From Tubiluchus corallicola (Eukaryota > Animalia > Priapulida): a stretch of 64,000 nucleotides of DNA. Within the stretch, counting starts at the first letter, position 1. Every line of letters begins with the position of its first letter. Where the stretch lies: contig JAQGDQ010000076.1 in NCBI GenBank assembly GCA_030141605.1, positions 496,001 through 560,000 on the forward strand. Reading direction: 5' to 3'. The notes beneath the pieces were generated by a model that saw only the letters and a list, made by a program, of their open reading frames with translations, was not told where the DNA came from and ran no database searches. Below are positions 15,163 to 26,639 of this stretch, piece by piece. The position numbers and the translations under genes are program-made.

Positions 15163-15425
15163 GTTCTGTTCTGTTCTGTTCTGTTCTGTTCTGTTCTGTT
15201 CTGTTCTGTTCTCCTCTGCTCTGCTCTGCTCTGCTCTGCTCTGCTCTGCTCTGCTCTGTTCTGTTCTGTTCTGTTCTGTTCTGTTCTGTTCTGTTCTGTT
15301 CTGTTCTGTTCTGTTCTGTTCTGTTCTGTTCTGTTCTGTTCTGTTCTGTTCTGTTCTGTTCTGTTCTGTTCTGTTCTGTTCTGTTCTGTTCTGTTCTGTT
15401 CTGCTGTGCTTTGCTCTGCTCTGTT
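15163..15425. repeat. (TTCTG)n/(CTCTG)n pentanucleotide microsatellite
   Basis: Directly visible; it explains the spurious ORFs at 15109-15616. Confidence 0.98.
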
Positions 15426-18364
15426 TTGTTCCTTTCATTTCATTTCGTTTCTCTTTCCTTTTCTTTTCTGTTCTCTTTTCTTCTTCTTTGTCTTATAGTT
15501 TTCTTGCTACTTGCTTAATCACCTATATATGCCTGTTTTTGCTTACATTTTTTGCTTTTTGTTTTGGTTTTAGATTTTTTTTACTACCTCGAACCATTAA
15601 TACCATCAATACTTAATTCTTTCTTCTTCAGTCGCTTTTTTCATTTATGCGATTTTTTTCTATTTGTTCACATTTGTACGTATTTTCACAAATAATGCAT
15701 ACAAACACTGAAAATATCATATTCGTGTTTTTTAAAGATAAAGCTTCCTTTAAAACGCTATTCTTGTTTTTTGAAGCTCAAGCTTCCTTACAAAACTTTA
15801 ATGCTAAATCAAAACAGTAGTGACCTAAGTTTGTCGAAATACTTTTGAATTTGGTCTTTATTAAATGTGAACGTAAGGGAACTGACTTTTTACTTACGCA
15901 TCCTGAAGTTTGCTGTTAAAACAGGTTTTATAAAGTAATTGTAGTAGTCAGTGGTCATTTTTCAAGCCCTGGATGGTTTAAGCTGATAATAGTTAGGTCA
16001 AACAAAGGGTCAAGGAAAGAGTTATCCTTTCGGCAACTTAACACATAAGTGAAATGAAGTATTTCTACTTTTCAGTAGTATATAAATTGATAAAATTTAA
16101 CATAAATCACCAAGGCAAAAATGTCTTAGAGTTCTTGTATATATAGAAGATCAATAATATTTTTGTAGCGCAAAACCTTAGACACACGAAATTCATAATT
16201 TTAGTATTATAACTGGGAAATAACGATGATGGGGTATAAGACTTAATAAACGTTAAGAGCTTGCATACAAAATGTTGAGGCTATCGCAGTAACACGCAGA
16301 GTTCAAAAGTGAATCTTGCGCATGCCCTAATGGGCCTAACGGCGATTAAATGCATATTTAATAAAATTCACGCGTTGTTTGTATTCTTTACTAGATAAGC
16401 CAATCATTAATTTTTCTGAAGCACAGATTATTAGTTAATCGGGTGAGAAAAGTTACTGTACAAGGCTATACAAAACGTATCTACTTTTTGACAAAGAAGT
16501 TTATTTCTGTTTGGAAATAAGTCGCGCGCCAGACTCCCCATCTCTGGCTGTGCCATACGGTAGTTTTTACAGGGATAGAGGGTTTGTTTCACGGCCTCCT
16601 GCACGCATTATAATACACCTGTAGAACTTAGGAGAGCTCACGAAGACGGCAGCCTGACTGATCATACGCAGGTGTATTAATAATCTTGCAGAAATGTGCA
16701 AAATTGGATTAGAAGTCTCGTTTGTTTTGCAAAATTTGTGGGAAACGAGGCGGAACTTTGTTGGCCATAATAGCCGGAAACGCTGGTTTTACTGGAAACA
16801 AGTGAGTACAAATTAATTTAATAAACCGAGATGAATGAGAAGTCAACTAAACGTCTTCTAATACGTCAACGAAGGGTCAAAATTATAATCAGAAATCAGT
16901 TAAGAAAGAAAGAAGTCGAAAAAAACACATGGGTCGAATATTTATGAAGAATCAAAGAAATAAAGCAGGAAAAAGTCACGAGTTACTCAAACGGACACGC
17001 TGCGCTTGATGGTTACTTGAGTGAAAAAAGGACTCGGTACAAATAATTTGGAAAGCCAAAGAGTTAATATGCGTGATCTTATCATCTTGAGCCACTTTTT
17101 TGAAATTTGCACACACGGAATTTGATAATCAAGTTACTTTTGTCATGAGGGTGTAGTGAAATTGAGTACATGTATAATCTTAGATAACGCCTACTGATAA
17201 ACTGGTGTTTCCAGTACTTACTTCTGATTTATTCTGTATTATGCTGACTTAGATAACTGAGGCAGTCGTTAGCGGCAATCTACTTGACTTCTTACTAACT
17301 TAAGGTGTACGCGTCATTGGTTCGTTATAGTGTAACGTCACAGAACAGCTTGTGTGTGAACAGACACCACTTTATCATTACTTAACATGTGTGAACGGTA
17401 CCTTAATTTTTCAAATCGTCTTTTTATGTTTTGTCCATTTTCTACGTTAGTTTCATGGAAAAACGTTTAATAATTTTTAGTAGCAATTGAAACGCTTCCA
17501 CTACGCTTAATTAGATTCCATATGGCAAGATAAGTAGTTTGCCTTTGAATAAAAGTTCAAAAGTTAGCAATACTTTAATTAGTGTTTCGAAAGTAACTGC
17601 ATAAATAACTGGTTCATTCGTGGTTCACCATAATTAAACCGTTTCGAATTGCAGTTTTGAAATCATATTTCTGTTCAGAGTTAAGAGTGGTAAAGGTCAT
17701 TATGACCAGCACATGAGGTGCATTTTTCATTGATTGTAAATTCGTTTTTCTTGGAAATTGGCAATGTTACGCTACAATTATCCGTTTTAAAATTCAGACA
17801 TCGTAGTTTTGTCAGTTGCGTGCGTGCTGTAGTTTATACGAAATGTTGTCAGCCTGTGTAAGTTACGGAGATAATAAACAATTCCACTTCTGCGCCTCTA
17901 GTAGCTGCTTTGAATTAAAACCTTGATATTTGATTAAAGGTGGCCTGATTAATGAGAAAATAAAATCTGGATGCACCAGATAAGGAAACACAAGTAAGAT
18001 CAGGAACTATCTGTAGTTACTTTGATTTAGAAGGACGTGAGCTAAAAATTTAATTTACGTATGCTGGTATGAACTTTGAGTACTAAACTGACTCCTCATG
18101 AAATACGAGGGCTCAAATGCAATTTAATCTAAACTAAAACGTATTGTTCTGAAAATGAGTGTAGTAATTACTCAGTTCCTGTACCAGGAACTAACCTGAG
18201 TAGTAAAGCATACTCAGAACTCAAAATTTCCTTTTCCAAACTGCGTTATTTCATGTTCAACTGTTGTTGATGATATTATAGGTTTATTATTAGATTTATT
18301 CATGGATAAGCTATCATCAGAAAGTCTGTGTCTCACAGCATTTGCTCACTACAAATGCCAGGCG

Positions 18365-19265
18365 ATAACTAAGTATGGCTTCATGCAAAATAGGAAAGTA
18401 TTGCAATTTAGATAGGGATGGCTTTTTTAGGAATTTGGGAGTGGCTTCGTAAAACTAAGCAAATAGGATTTCTTGTAATACTGGTTTGTTGGAGAGAAAT
18501 ATGCACTCTTAACAAATCACGATTTGCTTCTTACAAGTCAGTAGGCGTGGTTTCGAACATATTAAATGCGCAAGATGTCATTGAAAAGACGTGCCTTCTT
18601 ACAAGTTACTTAGCCATGGCTTCTTTCATATTATGTGTGCGCCGCTGTTTTGCAACTGAGCTAAGTTTACGTGCAGACTATATTTCTTGCAAATAAATTG
18701 TGGTGCCTCATTGTGGCTTTTTATGAATTAGGTTAAGCATGATGCCATGTAAATTAGGCGTTGAATTAGCTGGAAATAACTTCCTGCAAACTGGTAAACT
18801 GATTTTTATAAAATGCCTAAGTTGCGCATAGGTAGGCGTAGCTTCGTATATTGCAAAGTAACTCCGTAAAGTAGTCTGATTCACGGTGATGCTGGCGTCG
18901 TTCATATGCGTTTTTAGCCAGTATTTATATTTTGATATCGCAGTAGAGTTACTCCGTGTTCTAAATTTTTCGAAAAAATGGATTATGACAACAATAAATA
19001 GCGTTCTAAACACATCTAGAAGATGGGTAGAAATGAATCAATAAGCGAGTTACCCAATGCTTCGCATTTCGGACTAGTTGTAAACTAGATAAACGTGGCT
19101 TCTTGCAAACTTTTTTCCTCAAAGCGATTTAGCAGTTAGATAAGCGTGACCTGCTACAAATAAAGTAAATATAAAGTAAACATAGTTTGTGTCTCATTAC
19201 TCAAGTATATAAACAAATGAAATATTCCCTTCTGCTTGTTATAAGCGTAGCTTGTTACAAACTAC
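18365..19265. repeat. Highly degenerate minisatellite with a period of about 24 bp
   Basis: A recurrent core like RGCGTGGCTTCTTRCAAA at about 18371, 18440, 18521, 18543, 18587, 18612, 18711, 18833, 19091, 19141 and 19242. Confidence 0.65.
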
Positions 19266-21325
19266 ATAAATTTGCTTTCTTTTACATTAAATAAATATTT
19301 TTCTAAATTTCGTTGATTACACGCACGCTGTCAATTTTCAGATCTAATCGTGCGTATGCTGAGCACTACGCAAAATGTCATTTCACAATAAACTTAGGAC
19401 TATAAAAAATGAATGGAACCTAGCTTTGCAGACTGCACTTTCCGATTGTGAGAATAGCTATTTTTTCAATGATCTGAAAGATTAACGTTATTTCACACTG
19501 AGTCATCTACATGCGCGCTCGCCAATATCTTCCTGTTGATTTACACTTGCCCTGGGGGAATCTTCCCGGGGATTTAAACCATTATGTACATTTAATTCTT
19601 ATCTGCTGTCTGCCTGTTTCTCTCAATGAAATTCCGTTTCTTTAAATGCATATGAGCTGCCTACCACAGTTAGTTCTTACAGGAGGCACGGTTTTTTCCT
19701 TAAAATAGTGATTTTTAATAACTAGCTTCGACTATTCTAGTTTTAGTGTTTCGATAAAAAAGTAATAGTCTCTGTTTCAAATTGTTGATTTGTGATCTAA
19801 CAGCTTTGCAAAAACAGAAAAATGACAGTTTGCAGTGGATAACCGCCAATGATTTAGTTATGCTGTTGATTGTAGAAAAAGTTGCTTGCTCGATAAAAAT
19901 AATTTCTTTTTTACATTGAACTCCCATGAATGTTTACCAGGACACAAACCCTTAATTTGTCCTTTAATGAATAATTTAAGTGCAGCTGCAACTTGCGTAA
20001 AATTTAATTTTTATTCCCACGAATTCAAGTATTTAATTTCCTCTTGCGTCAATCGCACTGCGCATGCCTGCGCATAACTAGGCCTCAGAACGCAAACCAC
20101 AATGATCTAATCGGACACCTTATGAAGACATTTTAAGGAAAGTACACAGCCAAATATCCTATAATGGTACTATGTAACTACTGCACATAAATGGAAATGC
20201 AAATCCACGTGAGCGTGGGTGATGTACGTTACATGAACTGCGACTTTTTGCCACGTTGCAAAGCTATTTTCAAGGTCAAGTGTTTGATTGGGTGTGTGCT
20301 TGTCACGATTGCAAGGAAGTATCCTGTATCAGACACAAGTCAACAAACTGACTGTAGGGGGCGTTCCAAGGCAATGTCTTTTTGGTCAGTAATTATCCCA
20401 GACTTGTAAATGAATTTATAATTGCACGCTGTCCTTCTAACTTGTTGCTTAGAATGATTGTGTGTCCACTGAAGAGAGCAAGAGTGTCTCATTAAGTTTT
20501 GCACAAAATAATATTTGTCCGTGCTAGATATCTTCTGTTTATTTGTAAATAATTATTTTTGTAGCAGTAAATATATCATGAGATTAAATCTTAGGCATTC
20601 AATAATTTCAATCGCTGATCCAATTATTTATTTACTTATTTTTATTTATTTGTTTATCTTTATTCATTTATTTATTTATTATTCATTTACTCACTCATAC
20701 AATTTATTCATCCGATCGTTTGTTCGTTTGTTTGTTCGTCTGTTTGTTAATTAGTTTGCCCAGTTATTTATTACTCATTCATTCATTCATTCATTTACTT
20801 ACTCATTCATTTGTTTGTTTATTAATTAATTTTGTCAATCATACATTTGCTTATTAATACTGCGTCTATGTTAATTGCGTTGTTAGATCTACTGACTCTT
20901 TACAAATAGGTACGGCAGTACCATTGGTCCAATATGTGAAAAAATTATCGCTAAAATAAATTTGTCACTACCTGGAAGCAGGTATCTCTCTTACCTCGGC
21001 TAGTCTAACAAAACCTTGTAATAAAAATACCGCTTACTACGACTGCTGCAGTGAGGGTTGCAACGGTCTCTGCAAGCCGTTGGCATCACGGATGGCTCCA
21101 CTTTACCAAAGTCTCGCCCAATAGTACGCACCACAAAAGGCAAATTTACTGACAGGTTGTCGTAAAGTAGTTATTTCTTGTACAGGCCAGGAATGACCTT
21201 CATACAATACGAAATACATTTTAACTTACTAAAAACTAAACCTAGTTGAAATGTTTTATTGTTGCCTGTGTATATAATTGATCATTTCTTTCCTAGTTTG
21301 CAGAAGTTCACAGTAAAATGAACAG

Positions 21326-21349
21326 ATGCAGACTTATAGTGGAACCACC
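21326..21349 (+). CDS. Neurotrophin precursor, putative short upstream coding exon (MQTYSGTT)
   Basis: ATG at 21326, eight codons, then a GTGAGT donor at 21350. Phase 0 matches the acceptor at 21875 and gives MQTYSGTT-LVGKTAMLWLC. Pyrimidine-rich acceptors (tcctag 21296, ttgcag 21303) lie just upstream, so further 5'UTR exons are likely. Confidence 0.6.
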
Positions 21350-21875
21350 GTGAGTACAACTATCCTTAATGGGGCATGAGCTCATATGCCTTTCGCTATT
21401 TGTCAATAGGTGGCATGCATGCTCCACAACCTTGGTGTGGCGTATCGGCTAAAAATCATTATTAGACTTAAAGTTATAAGAAATGATATGCCCTGTAATT
21501 TCTTACGCGGTTTTTAAGAATGCCGAATTTTTGTTCTCATAATAATGAGAACCGAGTTACAAACTTCAAAATTACAGCTGCAAAGCAAAAACAGTTTGAA
21601 ATCAAAGTATGGTAAACTTTAAAAATGACAGTTACCTTAATTGATGGACCTTCTTCCAGGATTCAAACTCGAGACTACGTGCTTTGTCTCGCGATTTTCT
21701 GAATAACCTCTCATTTTTTGACAAAATGAATGCCCTTTTGTGTAGTTCTTGTTTTATTTTAAATAAACAATCAAGTTTATAACTTTAAACAAACAAGATT
21801 TATTGCTCAGTTAAACCAACTACTACGTTTTCAAAAAATATTGTTAAGTAAATTATTTTTGATTTTTGATTTTAG

Positions 21876-22628
21876 CTTGTTGGAAAAACTGCCATGCTGT
21901 GGCTATGCTCAAGTTTACTGGTGCTTCCATCTAGCGGTGCTGGAATTCATTCTGAACGTAACCGCCGTCACCGTCTCCGTCACGTTTTCAACCAGAGCCG
22001 GAGAGCTGGTCCTCACCTAAGACAAATTCTGAAACTGGAAGTGGCCATCAGTCCAGAATTTCGTTCGAGTCTGGTGACATTTGCACCGTCGCCGCCATCA
22101 CGACCGCCATTCGCCGCAGAGAATGACTATAACGATCTCTATGAACGAGCCAGAAAATTAAATGAAATGCAACTGCGAGGTAGAAAACTAGGGGCCAAAT
22201 ATTACGACGAAAAGGACGGACTTCGGGAAAAGCGGTCCACAAAGTTCACATCGCTGATGCCGCAGTCAGTGTGCAACAGCACAGCTTCTTGGGGTCAACG
22301 CTTGACCGCAGTGGACAGAGACGGTAACGAAGTCATTGTGCTTCAAGAAATAGCCATAAATGATCTTATAGTAAACCAGTACTTTTACGAGACAGTGTGC
22401 GTGTCTGAAACGACGTGCCATGGGATCAACCATCGAAAATTTTTGTCAATTTGTAGAAATACGCCCGTCTACGTCTATGCTTACGTCATCAACCGCCAGG
22501 GAGAGGAAGGTTGGAGTCACGTACGGATTAACGGAGCCTGCAACTGCGCACTGTTTCTAAAAGACGACGTCTTGAAGGACTTCAGAAAGTATCGCAGACT
22601 GCACCTTTTAGGCGATGTCTTGGACTAG
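21876..22628 (+). CDS. NGF/neurotrophin-family cystine-knot growth factor precursor, main exon (ORF from ATG 21894 = 244 aa)
   Basis: Acceptor ttttgattttag ends at 21875. Hydrophobic signal-like N-terminus, basic pro-domain and a furin site REKR (22224-22235). The mature domain has six Cys and NGF-family motifs: SVCNS...W...TAVD.DG..V.VL, QYFYETVC, C.GI, S.C, W..VRI..ACNC.L. Confidence 0.93.
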   Translation, partial: LVGKTAMLWLCSSLLVLPSSGAGIHSERNRRHRLRHVFNQSRRAGPHLRQILKLEVAISPEFRSSLVTFAPSPPSRPPFAAENDYNDLYERARKLNEMQLRGRKLGAKYYDEKDGLREKRSTKFTSLMPQSVCNSTASWGQRLTAVDRDGNEVIVLQEIAINDLIVNQYFYETVCVSETTCHGINHRKFLSICRNTPVYVYAYVINRQGEEGWSHVRINGACNCALFLKDDVLKDFRKYRRLHLLGDVLD

Positions 22629-23583
22629 AAATTTAGACTTAAAACCTTCGTATGATGAAAAAAAGATGAAAGTGTTCATATAAGACCACGTACGTTGTGG
22701 CCTCGTGAAAACAATGCCAAGTCTCCAGACAATCATCGATGCCATTGTTGTTCGAAACTCGCATGCAAGAGCCTAAGTCCAAGGAAAAATCATTTCAGAT
22801 AAAGGAAGATGTGTAAAGCAGATCTTATAGAAAACAGGATTGGGACTTTTGCCACGTTACAAGCTTCCCTTCTTTAACCGTTTGAAAACATTGTTTTTTT
22901 CTTATGTGCCACGAGGCCAATAATACACAAGGTCCAGTTTGTAAGGTTCATTCTCTATTACACAGACCTAGCATAAATACGCCTAATTATTTGCATCCGA
23001 TAATCTTAAGGATAATAAAATGCAGATATCTGCTGACATTACTTATCGCATTTTTGCATCTAGCATGACCGTCACGTCATTGTCAACATCATCACCATCA
23101 GCAGCATTACCATTATCATCGTCGCCGTCGTCGTCGTTGGCGTCATTGGCATCATTTTATTGTCATCGTAGTCATAGAATTTTAGTACGAAATTTACTGA
23201 AATGGTAATACTTATATTGAAACCGTGATTGGTATGCCGCTAATTTATTCATCTTGAAACAAAATAAAAATGCATGTTACAATAATACACGTTCTTATGG
23301 CTAACGCTTATGTTTTAAAAGCGGACGAAGTATGAATCAGGAATGAGGTTTTTGTTTTGCTACACGTACTCTTCACTCAAATCACAAGTAAACATGTGCG
23401 GCGAGTCTTGCAATTTGTGCATTTGTGCAAACGAGTGTCGCTTATGGAGCTCATTATCGTAGTTTTCTTTATTTCACTGTTTTTGTTTTACTTTAATTTC
23501 ACCTTACTTTACACTACTGATTTTTTGCTTTGCTTCACTTTACGTTCTTGTTTTGTTTTGCTTTGCTTTATTTTATCATACTT

Positions 23584-23866
23584 TACCTTAAATTACCTTA
23601 CCTTGCCTTACCATACCTTACCTGATCATACACTGCCTTATTTAACCTTGCCTTACTTTATCTTATCTTACCTTACCTTACCTTACCTTACCTTACCTTA
23701 CCTTACCTTACCTTACCTTACCTTACCTTACCTTACCTTACCTTACCTTACCTTACCTTACCTTACCTTACCTTACCTTACCTTACCTTACCTTACCTTA
23801 CCTTACCTTACCTTACCTTACCTTACCTTACCTTACCTTACCTTACCTTACCGCACCGTACCTTCC
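23584..23866. repeat. (CCTTA)n microsatellite, array 1
   Basis: Directly visible. Confidence 0.98.
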
Positions 23867-24322
23867 CAAACTTTACTTTTCTATTTTACTTTACCTATCT
23901 CTACTCGACTCTACCCTACTCTACTTTTCTTTGCTTTGTTAAGTTGCTTTCTTTTCCTTTCCTTACTTTACTTTATGTTACATTGCCTCATAGTGCTTAC
24001 ACTCCCTCATTTCATGTTACTTCACCTCACTTCTTGAGTCTCTACTTTTATTTGATTTATTTTTGAAATCGCAGTTACATGTTACATGTTGTAAAATATA
24101 ATTATGTACGCTTATTGTTAATATAGCCCAGATTTTCAAAATACGTTATACACCCCACTGTGTTTTATATTTTTATAGAAAAAGTTTTTGTATTAACTTA
24201 TTGTTATACAATAAAATTCAAATTGTACTTTTCTATGAACATTTTTTGCATTTTTAAACAGTTTCAAAAATAAAAATTAGACCCAATTTTGTTTAAGCAT
24301 ATCAATTGCATTGGATAAAATC

Positions 24323-24585
24323 ACCTTACCTTACTTTATATCTTACCTTACCTTACCTTACCTTACCTTACCTTACCTCACCTCACCTCACCTCACCTCA
24401 CCTTACCTTACCTTACCTTATCTTACCTTACCTTACCTTACTTACCTTTACCTTACCTTACCTTACCTTACCTTACCTTACCTTACCTTACCTTACCTTA
24501 CCTTACCTTACCTTACCTTACCTTACCCTACCTTACCTTACCTTACATTGACTCACCTTACTTTATCTTACCTTACCTTTCCTTA
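24323..24585. repeat. (CCTTA)n/(CCTCA)n microsatellite, array 2
   Basis: Directly visible. Confidence 0.98.
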
Positions 24586-26639
24586 AAGAACATCAACCTG
24601 TCATTGTCAAATTACTTATCAAAGAAATCCCATTTTCTGACTCTGCAATTCACAATTTCCACTTGTGTCGGTTTTCCAACTGACCGCTGGTTTTGTTTGA
24701 GGTGATTTGCATAAAAATACAGGTATCGGCTGTCCCAAACTGATCAATTGAATAAACTAATCACCACACTATACCTATTGTGTCGTGATGCAGGATGAGG
24801 AAATAAAAAACTTAACGTGTGAATGCCCCTGAGAACAACTGTATGGTCAAATGGCCTCAAACAAGCCTTTCAAGATAAAAAGTAAGAATATGAACAGATA
24901 GGTCAGACAAGTAGTTCTTAAAACTATGTTAATTGTGACAACTTGCAATCTTATTTGCTAGTGACGGAAAACACCGCAATCAACATTATTCCAGAAGCAA
25001 CTGAGGTCGTAGTTAACAAGGAAACATTTTTTATAAAGAGTTCCATAGATAAGAAGACCGAGGAAAAAGCTGGATTTCTCAACTTTGAATGTTCGGGATA
25101 AAATTATGAAAAGCGGTAGGAAAAAGGAGAACTCCAAAACATCTTGCGAAAAACGAAATATCGGGGAAGAAAGTGGAAGTGACGTCCCGTTAGGAACGAA
25201 ACTGGCATGTGTGACTTTCGCTGTACTTACGTGTGAGCAAGTCAAGCGGTACGCCGGTAATGGAGAAACTGGGGTACTCGCATTTTGATATTTTAGTGTT
25301 AAACTCAAACACAGGTTTGTCCACATTTATTTGAATGCACTATATTTTATAAATGAAAAAATATTAATAACGAAATGCAAGCGTAAAAGTTTTAGCGAGA
25401 TATTACTGGTATTTCGCGCTGGGCTGCTTTCTTGTTAATTTTCTGATCACTTCTGCATTATAAATGTCTCACTGCCAAATTATCTTTTGCCCGTTTCGTT
25501 CTGACAATGCTTCTGACAAACAGTGGTCGTTTTTACGTTTTTCAGCATATAAAATTGTAAAAATAACAGTGGATTCTTAGGTATGTTCGAAGAGAAAAGA
25601 ACTAGACAATAGGTAGTAATGTCAGATTTTGTTCCCAGGGCTTTACCGACGTTTTGAGCCTGTGCAAACCAGGTATACTGTCTGACTTAATGTGAGATTC
25701 TAAAGTGAAAGAAAACGGAAAACTAAGAAGAAATCTCTTTCAGACAGCATTTTTTAAATTCATTAAAAGAGCGTTCCCTACATTTTTAGGCACTTGTTTT
25801 TCACCTTCGTGGCATTTTTTCGAATGTGCAAATGAGGTTTCAGAGAAAAAAACTTTAACATTTAAGTAGAAAATATTCTCATAGTCTACAGTTTGACAGC
25901 TGATTGACGTGCATATAAGTTTTATGCAGTCGAGCACCCTTAATCTATATGTAACTGCCCAAACTTTATTTTTCGCCATGCCTAGCAGGATAGATGGGCG
26001 ATTCTATTTGTGGCAAAAGGAAAGAGTGTTCTATCCTCACAGCGGTCGCGTTTTTGCCATTTTTACGTTGAAGTAACCTCTAAAAAATCAAGAGAAATAT
26101 TTCAAAATGTGAAGAAAGGCAGGTTGTCATTAAAATCGGGAGTTTCTGTTAAATTGGTAGGATTGAAATGTCTTATACAAAATATAGCTTTAATGAAGTT
26201 TAGTTACAAAGGTTAATTATTACCTGACTTACTGTGTTTCTAACCGGAAAATGGTGGCTAGCTTGATGTAATTCGTGAGAGCCTACACACAGTTTAAATA
26301 ACGGTACAGTAACGTCATAGTGCTCTGTATACTGTAGTTATTACTACTGTGTAAATTTGCTGTTCCTTGGAGATTTGTAAAATAAAAACTCATTCTTATA
26401 AGTTTATTTGCTATAAATAGATAAATACTATTCTAAGAAAAGTTTTTATTAATGGATAAATCATTACTCAGCAATAATCGTTCTGGTCAGTGTTCTGCTT
26501 GCTGGGGCCACTGGCTGTCTACTGTACTGCGGCTGTTAATTGCCGCTCCCTTACGTGACGTCACATCACTGAGTGTCATCGCGGGCGATAATACATTGTG
26601 ATAGTACCAACGGCGCTTAATTTAAGTTACCATATCACG

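Noticed and set aside
15109-15616. ORFs with RTEQN / CSVLF repeats
   Set aside because: Translations of the (TTCTG)n microsatellite.
16480-16810. Possible non-coding first exon of the neurotrophin gene (GTGAGT at 16802)
   Set aside because: A lone donor-like hexamer is common by chance and cannot be supported without transcripts.
23357-24586. ORFs with LTLPY repeats, and resemblance to the insect telomere repeat
   Set aside because: Translations of (CCTTA)n. The unit is TAAGG, not telomeric TTAGG.
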